64,000 bases of DNA, from contig OZ024740.1 in the NCBI GenBank assembly GCA_964016885.1, positions 16,678,001-16,742,000 of the forward strand, in the 5' to 3' direction. The notes below the pieces were generated by a model that made no database searches, was not told where the DNA came from, and saw only the letters and a program-made list of their open reading frames with translations. This DNA is from Eledone cirrhosa. Lineage: Eukaryota. Both the position numbers and the translations under genes were made by a program. Positions within the stretch are counted from its first letter, which is position 1, and every line of letters starts with the position of its first letter. Shown here one piece after another: positions 11,901 through 25,600 of this stretch.

Positions 11901-14900
11901 GGTTTACAAGGAGATATCAGTGTAAATATGGTGTCTTCTGGACAGAGCTTTACAGGGAGATATCAGAGTAAATATGGTGGCTTCTGGACAGAGCTTTACA
12001 GGGAGATATCAGAGTAAATATGGTGGCTTCTAGACAAAGATTTACAGGGAGACATCAGTGTAAATATAGTGGCTTCTGGAGAGAGGATTACAGGGAGACA
12101 TCAGTGTAAATATGGTGGCTTCCAGACAGAGATTTACAGGGAGACATCAGTGTAAATATGGTGTCTTCTGGACAGAGGTTTACGGGGAGATATCAGTGTA
12201 AATATGGTGTCTTCTGGACAGAGCTTTACAGGGAGATATCAGAGTAAATATGGTGGCTTCTGGACAGAGCTTTACAGGGAGATATCAGAGTAAATATGGT
12301 GGCTTCTAGACAGAGATTTACAGGGAGACATCAGAGTAAATATGGTGGCTTCTAGATAGAGGTTTACAGGTAGACTTCAGTGTAAATATGGTGGCTTCTA
12401 GACAGAGGTTTACTGGGAGACATCAGTGTAAATATGGTGGCTTCTAGACAGAGCTTTACAGGGAGACAATCAGTGTAAATATGGTGGCTTCTGGATAGAG
12501 GTTTACAGGGAGATATCAGTGTAAATATGGTGGCTTCTAGACAGAGCTTTGCAGGGAGACATCAATGTAAATATGGTGGCTTCTGGACAGAGGTTTACAG
12601 GGAGACATCAGTGTAAATATAGTGGCTTCTGGACAGAGCTTTACAGAGAGACATTAGTGTAAATATGGTGGCTTCTAGACAGAGGTTTACAGGGTGACAT
12701 CAGTGTAAATATGGTGGCATCTGGACAAAGGTTTACAGGGAGACATCAGTGTAAATATGGCGGCTTCTGGATAGAGGTTTATAGGGAGATATCAGTGTTA
12801 ATATGGTGGCTTCTGGACAGAGGTTTACAGGGAGACATCAGTGTAAATGTGGTGGCATCTGGACAGAGCTTTACAGGGAGACATTAGTGTAAATATGGTG
12901 GCTTCTAGACAGAGCTTTACAGGGAGATATCAGAGTAAATATGGTGGCTTCTGGACAGAGGTTTACAGGGAGACATCAGTGTAAATATGATGGCTTCTAG
13001 AAAGAGGTTTACAGGAAGACATCAGTGTAAATATGGTGGCTTCTAGACGGAGGTTTACAGGGAGATATCAGTGTAAATATGGTGTCTTTTGGACAGAGGT
13101 TTACAGGGAGATATTAGTGTAAATATGGTGTCTTCTGGACAGAGGTTTACAGGGAGACATTAGTGAAAATATGGTGGCTTCTGGACAGAGCTTTACAGGG
13201 AGACGTCAGTGTAAATATGGTGGCTTCTGGACAGAGGTTTGCAGGGAGACATCAGTGTAAATATGGTGGCTTCTGGACAGAGCTTTACAGAGAGACATTA
13301 GTGTAAATATGGTGGCTTCTAGACAGAGCTTTACAGTGAGTTATCAGAGTAAATATAGTGGCTTCGGGACAGAGGTTTACAGGGAGACATCAGTGTAAAT
13401 ATGGTGGCTTCTAGACAGAGGTTTACAGGGAGACATCAGTGTAAATATGGTGGCTTCTAGACAGAGCTTTACAGGGAGATATCAGAGTAAATATGGTGGC
13501 TTCTAGACAGAGGTTTACAGGGAGACATCAGTGTAAATATGGTGGCTTCTGGATAGAGGTTTACAGGGAGACATCAGTGTAAATATGGTGGCTTCTGGAT
13601 AGAGGTTTACAGGGAGACATCAGTGTAAATATGTTTGCTTCTGGACAGAGGTTTACAGGGAGATATCAGTGTAAATATGGTGGCTTCTGGAGAGAGGTTT
13701 ACAGGGAGAGATCAGTGTAAATATGGTGGCTTCTAGACAGAGGTTTACAGGGAGACATCAGTGTAAATATGGTGGCTTCTAGACAGAGCTTTACAGGGAG
13801 ATATCAGTGTAAATATAGTGGCTTCTGGAGAGAGGATTACAGGGAGACATCAGTGTAAATATGGTGGCTTCTAAACAGAGATTTACAGGGAGACATCAGT
13901 GTAAATATTGTGTCTTCTGGACAGAGGTTTACAAGGAGATATCAGTGTAAATATGGTGTCTTCTGGACAGAGCTTTACAGGGAGATATCAGAGTAAATAT
14001 GGTGGCTTCTGGACAGAGCTTTACAGGGAGATATCAGAGTAAATATGGTGGCTTCTAGACAAAGATTTACAGGGAGACATCAGTGTAAATATAGTGGCTT
14101 CTGGAGAGAGGATTACAGGGAGACATCAGTGTAAATATGGTGGCTTCCAGACAGAGATTTACAGGGAGACATCAGTGTAAATATGGTGTCTTCTGGACAG
14201 AGGTTTACGGGGAGATATCAGTGTAAATATGGTGTCTTCTGGACAGAGCTTTACAGGGAGATATCAGAGTAAATATGGTGGCTTCTGGACAGAGCTTTAC
14301 AGGGAGATATCAAAGTAAATATGGTGGCTTCTAGACAGAGATTTACAGGGAGACATCAGAGTAAATATGGTGGCTTCTAGATAGAGGTTTACAGGGAGAC
14401 TTCAGTGTAAATATGGTGGCTTCTAGACAGAGGTTTACTGGGAGACATCAGTGTAAATATGGTGGCTTCTAGACAGAGCTTTACAGGGAGACAATCAGTG
14501 TAAATATGGTGGCTTCTGGATAGAGGTTTACAGGGAGATATCAGTGTAAATATGGTGGCTTCTAGACAGAGCTTTGCAGGGAGACATCAATGTAAATATG
14601 GTGGCTTCTGGACAGAGGTTTACAGGGAGACATCAGTGTAAATATAGTGGCTTCTGGACAGAGCTTTACAGAGAGACATTAGTGTAAATATGGTGGCTTC
14701 TAGACAGAGGTTTACAGGGTGACATCAGTGTAAATATGGTGGCATCTGGACAAAGGTTTACAGGGAGACATCAGTGTAAATATGGCGGCTTCTGGATAGA
14801 GGTTTATAGGGAGATATCAGTGTTAATATGGTGGCTTCTGGACAGAGGTTTACAGGGAGACATCAGTGTAAATGTGGTGGCATCTGGACAGAGCTTTACA

Positions 14901-17900
14901 GGGAGACATTAGTGTAAATATGGTGGCTTCTAGTCAGAGCTTTACAGGGAGATATCAGAGTAAATATGGTGGCTTCTGGACAGAGGTTTACAGGGAGACA
15001 TCAGTGTAAATATGATGGCTTCTAGAAAGAGGTTTACAGGAAGACATCAGTGTAAATATGGTGGCTTCTAGACGGAGGTTTACAGGGAGATATCAGTGTA
15101 AATATGGTGTCTTTTGGACAGAGGTTTACAGGGAGATATTAGTGTAAATATGGTGTCTTCTGGACAGAGGTTTACAGGGAGACATTAGTGAAAATATGGT
15201 GGCTTCTGGACAGAGCTTTACAGGGAGACGTCAGTGTAAATATGGTGGCTTCTGGACAGAGGTTTGCAGGGAGACATCAGTGTAAATATGGTGGCTTCTG
15301 GACAGAGCTTTACAGAGAGACATTAGTGTAAATATGGTGGCTTCTAGACAGAGCTTTACAGTGAGTTATCAGAGTAAATATAGTGGCTTCGGGACAGAGG
15401 TTTACAGGGAGACATCAGTGTAAATATGGTGGCTTCTAGACAGAGGTTTACAGGGAGATATCAGTGTAAATATGGTGGCTTCTGGACAGAGGTTTACAGG
15501 GAGACATCAGTGTAAATATGTTGGCTTCTAGACAGAGGTTTACAGGGAGACATCAGTGTAAATATGGTGGCTTCTAGACAGAGCTTTACAGGGAGATATC
15601 AGAGTAAATATGGTGGCTTCTAGACAAAGCTTTACAGGGAGACATCAGTGTAAATATGGTGGCTTCTAGACAGGTTTACTGGGAGACATCAGTGTAAATA
15701 TCGTGGCTTCTAGACAAAGCTTTACAGGGAGACATCAGTGTAAATATGGTGGCTTCTAGACAGAGCTTTACAGGGAGTCATCAGTGTAAATATGGTGGCT
15801 CCTAGACAGAGCTTTACAGGGAGACATCAGTGTAAATATGGTGGCTTCTGGACAGAGGTTTACAGGGAGATATCAGTGTAAATATGGTGGCTTCTAGACA
15901 GAGCTTTGCAGGGAGACATCAGTGTAAATATGGTGGCTTCTGGACAGAGGTTTACAGCGAGACATCAGAGTAAATATGGTGGCTTCTAGACAGAGGTTTA
16001 CAGGGAGATATCAGTGTAAATATGGTGGCTTCTGGAGAGAGGTTTACAGGGAGACATCAGTGTAAATATGGTGGCTTCTAGACAGGTTTACTGGGAGACA
16101 TCAGTGTAAATATCGTGGCTTCTAGACAAAGCTTTACAGGGAGACATCAGTGTAAATATGGTGGCTTCTAGACAGAGCTTTACAGGGAGACATCAGTGTA
16201 AATATGGTGGCTCCTAGACAGAGCTTTACAGGGAGACATCAGTGTAAATATGGTGGCTTCTGGACAGAGGTTTACAGGGAGATATCAGTGTAAATATGGT
16301 GGCTTCTAGACAGAGCTTTGCAGGGAGACATCAGTGTAAATATGGTGGCATCTGGACAGATGTTTACAGGGAGACATCAGTGTAAATATGGTGGCTTCTA
16401 GACAGAGATTTGCAGGGAGACATCAGTGTAAATATGGTGGCTTCTGGAGAGAGGTTTACAGGGAGACATCAGAGTAAATATGGTGGCTTCTAGACAGAGG
16501 TTTACAGGAAGACATCAGTATAAATATGGTGGCATCTGGACAGAGGTTTACAGGGAGACATCAGTGTAAATATGGTGGCTTCTGGATAGAGCTTTACAGA
16601 GAGACATTAGTGTAAATATGGTGACTTCTAGACAGAGTTTTACAGGGAGATATCAGAGTAAATATAGTGTCTTCTGGACAGAGGTTTACAGGGAGACATC
16701 AGTGTAAATATGGTGGCTTCTAGACAGAGCTTTACAGGGAGATATCAGTGTAAATATGGTGGCTTCTAGACAGAGCTTTACAGGGAGTTATCAGAGTAAA
16801 TATAGTGGCTTCGGGACAGAGGTTTACAGGGAGACATCAGTGTAAATATGGTGGCTTCTAGACAGAGCTTTACAGGGAGATATCAGTGTAAATATGGTGG
16901 CTTCTGGACAGAGGTTTACAGGGAGACATCAGTGTAAATATGGTGGCTTCTAGACTGAGGTTTACAGGGAGACATCAGTGTAAATATGGTGGCTTCTGGA
17001 TAGAGGTTTACAGGTAGACATCAGTGTAAATATGGTGGCTTCTGGACAGAGGTTTACAGGGAGACATTAGTGTAAATATGGTGGCTTCTAGACAGAGGTT
17101 TACAGGGAGATATCAGAGTAAATATGGTGGCTTCTGGACAGAGCTTTACAGGGAGACATCAGTGTAAATATGGTGGCTTCTGGACAGAGGTTTTCAGGGA
17201 GACATCAGTGTAAAAATGGTGGCTTCTGGACAGAGGTTTACAGGGAGACATCAGTGTAAATATGGTGGCTTCTGGACAGAGGTTTACAGGGAGACATCAG
17301 TGTAAATATGTTGGCTTCTAGACAGAGGTTTACAGGGAGACATCAGTGTAAATATTGTGGCTTCTGGATAGAGGTTTACAGGAAGAGATCAGTGTAAATA
17401 TGGTGGCTTCTGGATAGAGGTTTACAGGGAAACATAAGTGTAAATATGGTGGCTTCTGGACAGAGGTTTACAGGGAGATATCAGTGTAAATATGGTGGCT
17501 TCTAGACAGAGCTTTACAGGGAGATATCAGTGTAAATATAGTGGCTTCTGGAGAGATGATTACAGGGAGACATCAGTGTAAATATGGTGGCTTCTAAACA
17601 GAGATTTACAGGGAGACATCAGTGTAAATATTGTGTCTTCTGGACAGAGGTTTACAAGGAGATATCAGTGTAAATATGGTGTCTTCTGGACAGAGCTTTA
17701 CAGGGAGATATCAGAGTAAATATGGTGGCTTCTGGACAGAGCTTTACAGGGAGATATCAAAGGAAATATAGTAGCTTCTGGATAGAGGTTTACAGGTAGA
17801 CATCTGTGTAAATATGGTGGCTTCTGGACAGAGGTTTACAGGGAGACATTAGTGTAAATATGGTGGCTTCTAGACAGAGCTTTACAGGGAGATATCAGAG

Positions 17901-18890
17901 TAAATATGGTGGCTTCTGGACAGAGCTTTACAGGGAGACATCAGTGTAAATATGGTGGCTTCTAGACAGAGGTTTACAGGGAGACATCAGTGTAAATATG
18001 TTGGCTTCTAGACAGAGGTTTACAGGGAGACATCAGTGTAAATATGGTGGCTTCTGGATAGAGGTTTACAGGGAGACATCAGTGTAAATATGGTGGCTTC
18101 TGGATAGAGGTTTACAGGGAGACATCAGTGTAAATATGTTTGCTTCTGGACAGAGGTTTACAGGGAGATATCAGTGTAAATATGGTGGCTTCTGGAGAGA
18201 GGTTTACAGGGAGAGATCAGTGTAAATATGGTGGCTTCTAGACAGAGGTTTACAGGGAGACATCAGTGTAAATATGGTGGCTTCTAGACAGAGCTTTACA
18301 GGGAGATATCAGTGTAAATATAGTGGCTTCTGGAGAGAGGATTACAGGGAGACATCAGTGTAAATATGGTGGCTTCTAAACAGAGATTTACAGGGAGACA
18401 TCAGTGTAAATATTGTGTCTTCTGGACAGAGGTTTACAAGGAGATATCAGTGTAAATATGGTGTCTTCTGGACAGAGCTTTACAGGGAGATATCAGAGTA
18501 AATATGGTGGCTTCTGGACAGAGCTTTACAGGGAGATATCAGAGTAAATATGGTGGCTTCTAGACAAAGATTTACAGGGAGACATCAGTGTAAATATAGT
18601 GGCTTCTGGAGAGAGGATTACAGGGAGACATCAGTGTAAATATGGTGGCTTCCAGACAGAGATTTACAGGGAGACATCAGTGTAAATATGGTGTCTTCTG
18701 GACAGAGGTTTACGGGGAGATATCAGTGTAAATATGGTGTCTTCTGGACAGAGCTTTACAGGGAGATATCAGAGTAAATATGGTGGCTTCTGGACAGAGC
18801 TTTACAGGGAGATATCAGAGTAAATATGGTGGCTTCTAGACAGAGATTTACAGGGAGACATCAGAGTAAATATGGTGGCTTCTAGACAGA
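9000..18890 (+). repeat. Dispersed higher-order block: ~9.0-12.3 kb repeated at ~15.3-18.9 kb (offset 6576, then 6530)
   Basis: Markers AGTATAAAT 9941/16517, GGGAAACATAAG 10851/17427 and GGAAATATAGTAGC 11232/17762. A partial third copy carries AGTATAAAT at 21940. Confidence 0.82.
11470..15455 (+). repeat. Tandem duplication of a 44-monomer block (2025 bp)
   Basis: ATGTTTGCTT 11606/13631 and GTGAGTTATC 13336/15361 both give offset 2025 = 44x46+1, the extra base coming from one 47-bp GACAATCAG monomer. Confidence 0.9.
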
Positions 18891-20329
18891 GCTTTACAGG
18901 GAGACAATCAGTGTAAATATGGTGGCTTCTGGATAGAGGTTTACAGGGAGATATCAGTGTAAATATGGTGGCTTCTAGACAGAGCTTTGCAGGGAGACAT
19001 CAATGTAAATATGGTGGCTTCTGGACAGAGGTTTACAGGGAGACATCAGTGTAAATATAGTGGCTTCTGGACAGAGCTTTACAGAGAGACATTAGTGTAA
19101 ATATGGTGGCTTCTAGACAGAGGTTTACAGGGTGACATCAGTGTAAATATGGTGGCATCTGGACAAAGGTTTACAGGGAGACATCAGTGTAAATATGGCG
19201 GCTTCTGGATAGAGGTTTATAGGGAGATATCAGTGTTAATATGGTGGCTTCTGGACAGAGGTTTACAGGGAGACATCAGTGTAAATGTGGTGGCATCTGG
19301 ACAGAGCTTTACAGGGAGACATTAGTGTAAATATGGTGGCTTCTAGACAGAGCTTTACAGGGAGATATCAGAGTAAATATGGTGGCTTCTGGACAGAGGT
19401 TTACAGGGAGACATCAGTGTAAATATGATGGCTTCTAGAAAGAGGTTTACAGGAAGACATCAGTGTAAATATGGTGGCTTCTAGACGGAGGTTTACAGGG
19501 AGATATCAGTGTAAATATGGTGTCTTTTGGACAGAGGTTTACAGGGAGATATTAGTGTAAATATGGTGTCTTCTGGACAGAGGTTTACAGGGAGACATTA
19601 GTGAAAATATGGTGGCTTCTGGACAGAGCTTTACAGGGAGACGTCAGTGTAAATATGGTGGCATCTGGACAGAGGTTTGCAGGGAGACATCAGTGTAAAT
19701 ATGGTGGGTCCTAGACAGATTTACAGGGAGACATCAGTGTAAATATGGTGGCTTCTAGACAGAGCTTTACAGGGAGACATCAGTGTAAATATGGTGGCTT
19801 CTGGACAGATGTTTACAGGGAGACATCAGTGTAAGTATGGTGGCTTCTGGACGGAGGTTTACAGGGAGACATCAGTGTAAATATGTTGGCTTCTAGACAG
19901 AGGTTTACAGGGAGACATCAGTGTAAATATGGTGGCTTCTGGATAGAGTTTTACAGGGAGACATCAGTGTAAATATGGTGGCTTCTGGACAGAGGTTTAC
20001 AGGGAGACATCAGTGTAAATATGGTGGCTTCTGGACAGAGGTTTACAGGGAGACATCAGAGTAAATATGGTGGCTTCTAGACAGAGCTTTACAGGGAGAT
20101 ATCAGAGTAAATATGGTGGCTTCTAGACAAAGCTTTACAGGGAGACATCAGTGTAAATATGGTGGCTTCTAGACAGAGCTTTACAGGGAGATATCTGTGT
20201 AAATATGGTGGCTTCTAGACAAAGCTTTACAGGGAGACATCAGTGTAAATATGGTGGCTTCTAGACAAAGCTTTACAGGGAGACATCAGTGTAAATATGG
20301 TGGCTTCTTGACAGAGCTTTACAGGGAGA

Positions 20330-21040
20330 CATCAGTGTAAATATGGTGGCTTCTGGACAGAGGTTTACAGGGAGATATCAGAGTAAATATGGTGGCTTCT
20401 AGACAGAGGTTTACAGGGATAATTTAGTGTAAATATGGTGGCATCTGGACAGAGGTTTACAGGGAGACATCAGTGTAAATATGGTGGCTTCTGGACAGAG
20501 CTTTACAGAGAGACATTAGTGTAAATATGGTGGCTTCTAGACAGAGCTTTACAGGGAGTTATCAGAGTAAATATAGTGGCTTCGGGACAGAGGTTTACAG
20601 GGAGACATCAGTGTAAATATGGTGGCTTCTAGACAGAGGTTTACAGGGAGATATCAGTGTAAATATGGTGGCTTCTAGACAGAGCTTTGCAGGGAGACAT
20701 CAGTGTAAATATGGTGGCTTCTGGACAGAGGTTTACAGGGAGATATCAGAGTAAATATGGTGGCTTCTAGACAGAGGTTTACAGGGATAATTTAGTGTAA
20801 ATATGGTGGCATCTGGACAGAGGTTTACAGGGAGACATCACTGTAAATATGGTGGCTTCTGGACAGAGCTTTACAGAGAGACATTAGTGTAAATATGGTG
20901 GCTTCTAGACAGAGCTTTACAGGGAGTTATCAGAGTAAATATAGTGGCTTCGGGACAGAGGTTTACAGGGAGACATCAGTGTAAATATGGTGGCTTCTAG
21001 ACAGAGGTTTACAGGGAGATATCAGTGTAAATATGGTGGC
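20330..21040 (+). repeat. Local tandem duplication of 8 monomers (368 bp)
   Basis: ACAGGGATAATTTAG occurs at 20413 and 20781 with the same downstream variant order. Confidence 0.85.
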
Positions 21041-22659
21041 TTCTGGACAGAGGTTTACAGGGAGACATCAGTGTAAATATGTTGGCTTCTAGACAGAGGT
21101 TTACAGGGAGACATCAGCGTAAATATGGTGGCTTCTAGACAGAGCTTTACAGGGAGATATCAGAGTAAATATGGTGGCTTCTAGACAAAGCTTTACAGGG
21201 AGACATCAGTGTAAATATGGTGGCTTCTAGACAGGTTTACTGGGAGACATCAGTGTAAATATCGTGGCTTCTAGACAAAGCTTTACAGGGAGACATCAGT
21301 GTAAATATGGTGGCTTCTAGACAGAGCTTTACAGGGAGACATCAGTGTAAATATGGTGGCTCCTAGACAGAGCTTTACAGGGAGACATCAGTGTAAATAT
21401 GGTGGCTTCTGGACAGAGGTTTACAGGGAGATATCAGTGTAAATATGGTGGCTTCTAGACAGAGCTTTGCAGGGAGACATCAGTGTAAATATGGTGGCTT
21501 CTGGACAGAGGTTTACAGCGAGACATCAGAGTAAATATGGTGGCTTCTAGACAGAGGTTTACAGGGAGATATCAGTGTAAATATGGTGGCTTCTGGAGAG
21601 AGGTTTACAGGGAGACATCAGTGTAAATATGGTGGCTTCTAGACAGGTTTACTGGGAGACATCAGTGTAAATATCGTGGCTTCTAGACAAAGCTTTACAG
21701 GGAGACATCAGTGTAAATATGGTGGCTTCTAGACAGAGCTTTACAGGGAGACATCAGTGTAAATATGGTGGCTCCTAGACAGAGCTTTACAGGGAGACAT
21801 CAGTGTAAATATGGTGGCTTCTGGACAGAGGTTTACAGGGAGATATCAGTGTAAATATGGTGGCTTCTAGACAGAGCTTTGCAGGGAGACATCAGTGTAA
21901 ATATGGTGGCTTCTAGACAGAGGTTTACAGGAAGACATCAGTATAAATATGGTGGCATCTGGACAGAGGTTTACAGGGAGACATCAGTGTAAATATGGTG
22001 GCTTCTGGATAGAGCTTTACAGAGAGACATTAGTGTAAATATGGTGACTTCTAGACAGAGTTTTACAGGGAGATATCAGAGTAAATATAGTGTCTTCTGG
22101 ACAGAGGTTTACAGGGAGACATCAGTGTAAATATGGTGGCTTCTAGACAGAGCTTTACAGGGAGATATCAGTGTAAATATGGTGGCTTCTAGACAGAGCT
22201 TTACAGGGAGTTATCAGAGTAAATATAGTGGCTTCGGGACAGAGGTTTACAGGGAGACATCAGTGTAAATATGGTGGCTTCTAGACAGAGCTTTACAGGG
22301 AGATATCAGTGTAAATATGGTGGCTTCTGGACAGAGGTTTACAGGGAGACATCAGTGTAAATATGGTGGCTTCTAGACTGAGGTTTACAGGGAGACATCA
22401 GTGTAAATATGGTGGCTTCTGGATAGAGGTTTACAGGTAGACATCAGTGTAAATATGGTGGCTTCTGGACAGAGGTTTACAGGGAGACATTAGTGTAAAT
22501 ATGGTGGCTTCTAGACAGAGGTTTACAGGGAGATATCAGAGTAAATATGGTGGCTTCTGGACAGAGCTTTACAGGGAGACATCAGTGTAAATATGGTGGC
22601 TTCTGGACAGAGGTTTTCAGGGAGACATCAGTGTAAAAATGGTGGCTTCTGGACAGAGG

Positions 22660-25600
22660 TTTACAGGGAGACATCAGTGTAAATATGGTGGCTTCTAGAC
22701 AGAGCTTTACAGGGAGATATCAGTGTAAATATAGTGGCTTCTGGAGAGAGGATTACAGGGAGACATCAGTGTAAATATGGTGGCTTCTAAACAGAGATTT
22801 ACAGGGAGACATCAGTGTAAATATTGTGTCTTCTGGACAGAGGTTTACAAGGAGATATCAGTGTAAATATGGTGTCTTCTGGACAGAGCTTTACAGGGAG
22901 ATATCAGAGTAAATATGGTGGCTTCTGGACAGAGCTTTACAGGGAGATATCAGAGTAAATATGGTGGCTTCTAGACAAAGATTTACAGGGAGACATCAGT
23001 GTAAATATAGTGGCTTCTGGAGAGAGGATTACAGGGAGACATCAGTGTAAATATGGTGGCTTCTAGACAGAGATTTACAGGGAGACATCAGTGTAAATAT
23101 GGTGTCTTCTGGACAGAGGTTTACGGGGAGATATCAGTGTAAATATGGTGTCTTCTGGACAGAGCTTTACAGGGAGATATCAGAGTAAATATGGTGGCTT
23201 CTGGACAGAGCTTTACAGGGAGATATCAGAGTAAATATGGTGGCTTCTGGAGAGAGGATTACAGGGAGACATCAGTGTAAATATGGTGGCTTCTAGACAG
23301 AGATTTACAGGGAGACATCAGAGTAAATATGGTGGCTTCTAGATAGAGGTTTACAGGGAGACTTCAGTGTAAATATGGTGGCTTCTAGACAGAGGTTTAC
23401 AGGGAGACATCAGTGTAAATATGGTGGCTTCTAGACAGAGCTTTACAGGGAGACAATCAGTGTAAATATGGTGGCTTCTGGATAGAGGTTTACAGGGAGA
23501 TATCAGTGTAAATATGGTGGCTTCTAGACAGAGCTTTGCAGGGAGACATCAATGTAAATATGGTGGCTTCTGGACAGAGGTTTACAGGGAGACATCAGAG
23601 TAAATATGGTGGCTTCTAGACAGAGCTTTACAGGGAGACATCAGTGTAAATATAGTGGCTTCTGGACAGAGACTTACAGAGAGACATTAGTGTAAATATG
23701 GTGGCTTCTAGACAGAGGTTTACAGGGTGACATCAGTGTAAATATGGTGGCATCTGGACAAAGGTTTACAGGGAGACATCAGTGTAAATATGGCGGCTTC
23801 TGGACAGAGCTTTATAGGGAGATATCAGTGTTAATATGGTGGCTTCTGGACAGAGGTTTACAGGGAGACATCAGTGTAAATGTGGTGGCATCTGGACAGA
23901 GCTTTACAGGGAGACATTAGTGTAAATATGGTGGCTTCTAGACAGAGCTTTACAGGGAGATATCAGAGTAAATATGGTGGCTTCTGGACAGAGGTTTACA
24001 GGGAGACATCAGTGTAAATATGGTGGCTTCTAGAAAGAGGTTTACAGGAAGACATCAGTGTAAATATGGTGGCTTCTAGACGGAGGTTTACAGGGAGATA
24101 TCAGTGTAAATATGGTATCTTTTGGACAGAGGTTTACAGGGAGATATTAGTGTAAATATGGTGTCTTCTGGACAGAGGTTTACAGGGAGACATTAGTGAA
24201 AATATGGTGGCTTCTGGACAGAGCTTTACAGGGAGACGTCAGTGTAAATATGGTGGCTTCTGGACAGAGGTTTGCAGGGAGACATCAGTGTAAATATGGT
24301 GGCTTCTAGACAGAGCTTTACAGGGAGACATCAGTGTAAATATGGTGGCTTCTGGACAGATGTTTACAGGGAGACATCAGTGTAAGTATGGTGGCTTCTG
24401 GACGGAGGTTTACAGGGAGACATCAGTGTAAATATGTTGGCTTCTAGACAGAGGTTTACAGGGAGACATCAGTGTAAATATGGTGGCTTCTGGATAGAGT
24501 TTTACAGGGAGACATCAGTGTAAATATGGTGGCTTCTGGACAGAGGTTTACAGGGAGACATCAGTGTAAATATGGTGGCTTCTGGACAGAGGTTTACAGG
24601 GAGACATCAGAGTAAATATGGTGGCTTCTAGACAGAGCTTTACAGGGAGATATCAGAGTAAATATGGTTGCTTCTAGACAAAGCTTTACAGGGAGACATC
24701 AGTGTAAATATGGTGGCTTCTAGACAGAGCTTTACAGGGAGACATCTGTGTAAATATGGTGGCTTCTAGACAAAGCTTTACAGGGAGACATCAGTGTAAA
24801 TATGGTGGCTTCTAGACAAGGCTTTACAGGGAGACATCAGTGTAAATATGGTGGCTTCTTGACAGAGCTTTGCAGGGAGACATCAGTGTAAATATGGTGG
24901 CTTCTGGACAGAGGTTTACAGGGAGATATCAGAGTAAATATGGTGGCTTCTAGACAGAGGTTTACAGGGATAATTTAGTGTAAATATGGTGGCATCTGGA
25001 CAGAGGTTTACAGGGAGACATCAGTGTAAATATGGTGGCTTCTGGACAGAGCTTTACAGAGAGACATTAGTGTAAATATGGTGGCTTCTAGACAGAGCTT
25101 TACAGGGAGTTATCAGAGTAAATATAGTGGCTTCGGGACAGAGGTTTACAGGGAGACATCAGTGTAAATATGGTGGCTTCTAGACAGAGCTTTACAGGGA
25201 GACATCAGTGTAAATATGGTGGCTTCTGGACAGAGGTTTACAGGGAGACATCAGTGTAAATATGTTGGCTTCTAGACAGAGGTTTACAGGGAGACATCAG
25301 TGTAAATATTGTGGCTTCTGGATAGAGGTTTACAGGAAGACATCAGTGTAAATATGGTGGCTTCTGGATAGAGGTTTACAGGGAGACATAAGTGTAAATA
25401 TGGTGGCTTCTGGACAGAGGTTTACAGGGAGATATCAGTGTAAATATGGTGGCTTCTGGACAGAGGTTTACAGGGAGACATCAGTGTAAATATGGTGGCT
25501 TCTAGACAGAGCTTTACAGGGAGATATCAGAGTAAATATGGTGGCTTCTAGACAAAGCTTTACAGGGAGACATCAGTGTAAATATGGTGGCTTCTAGACA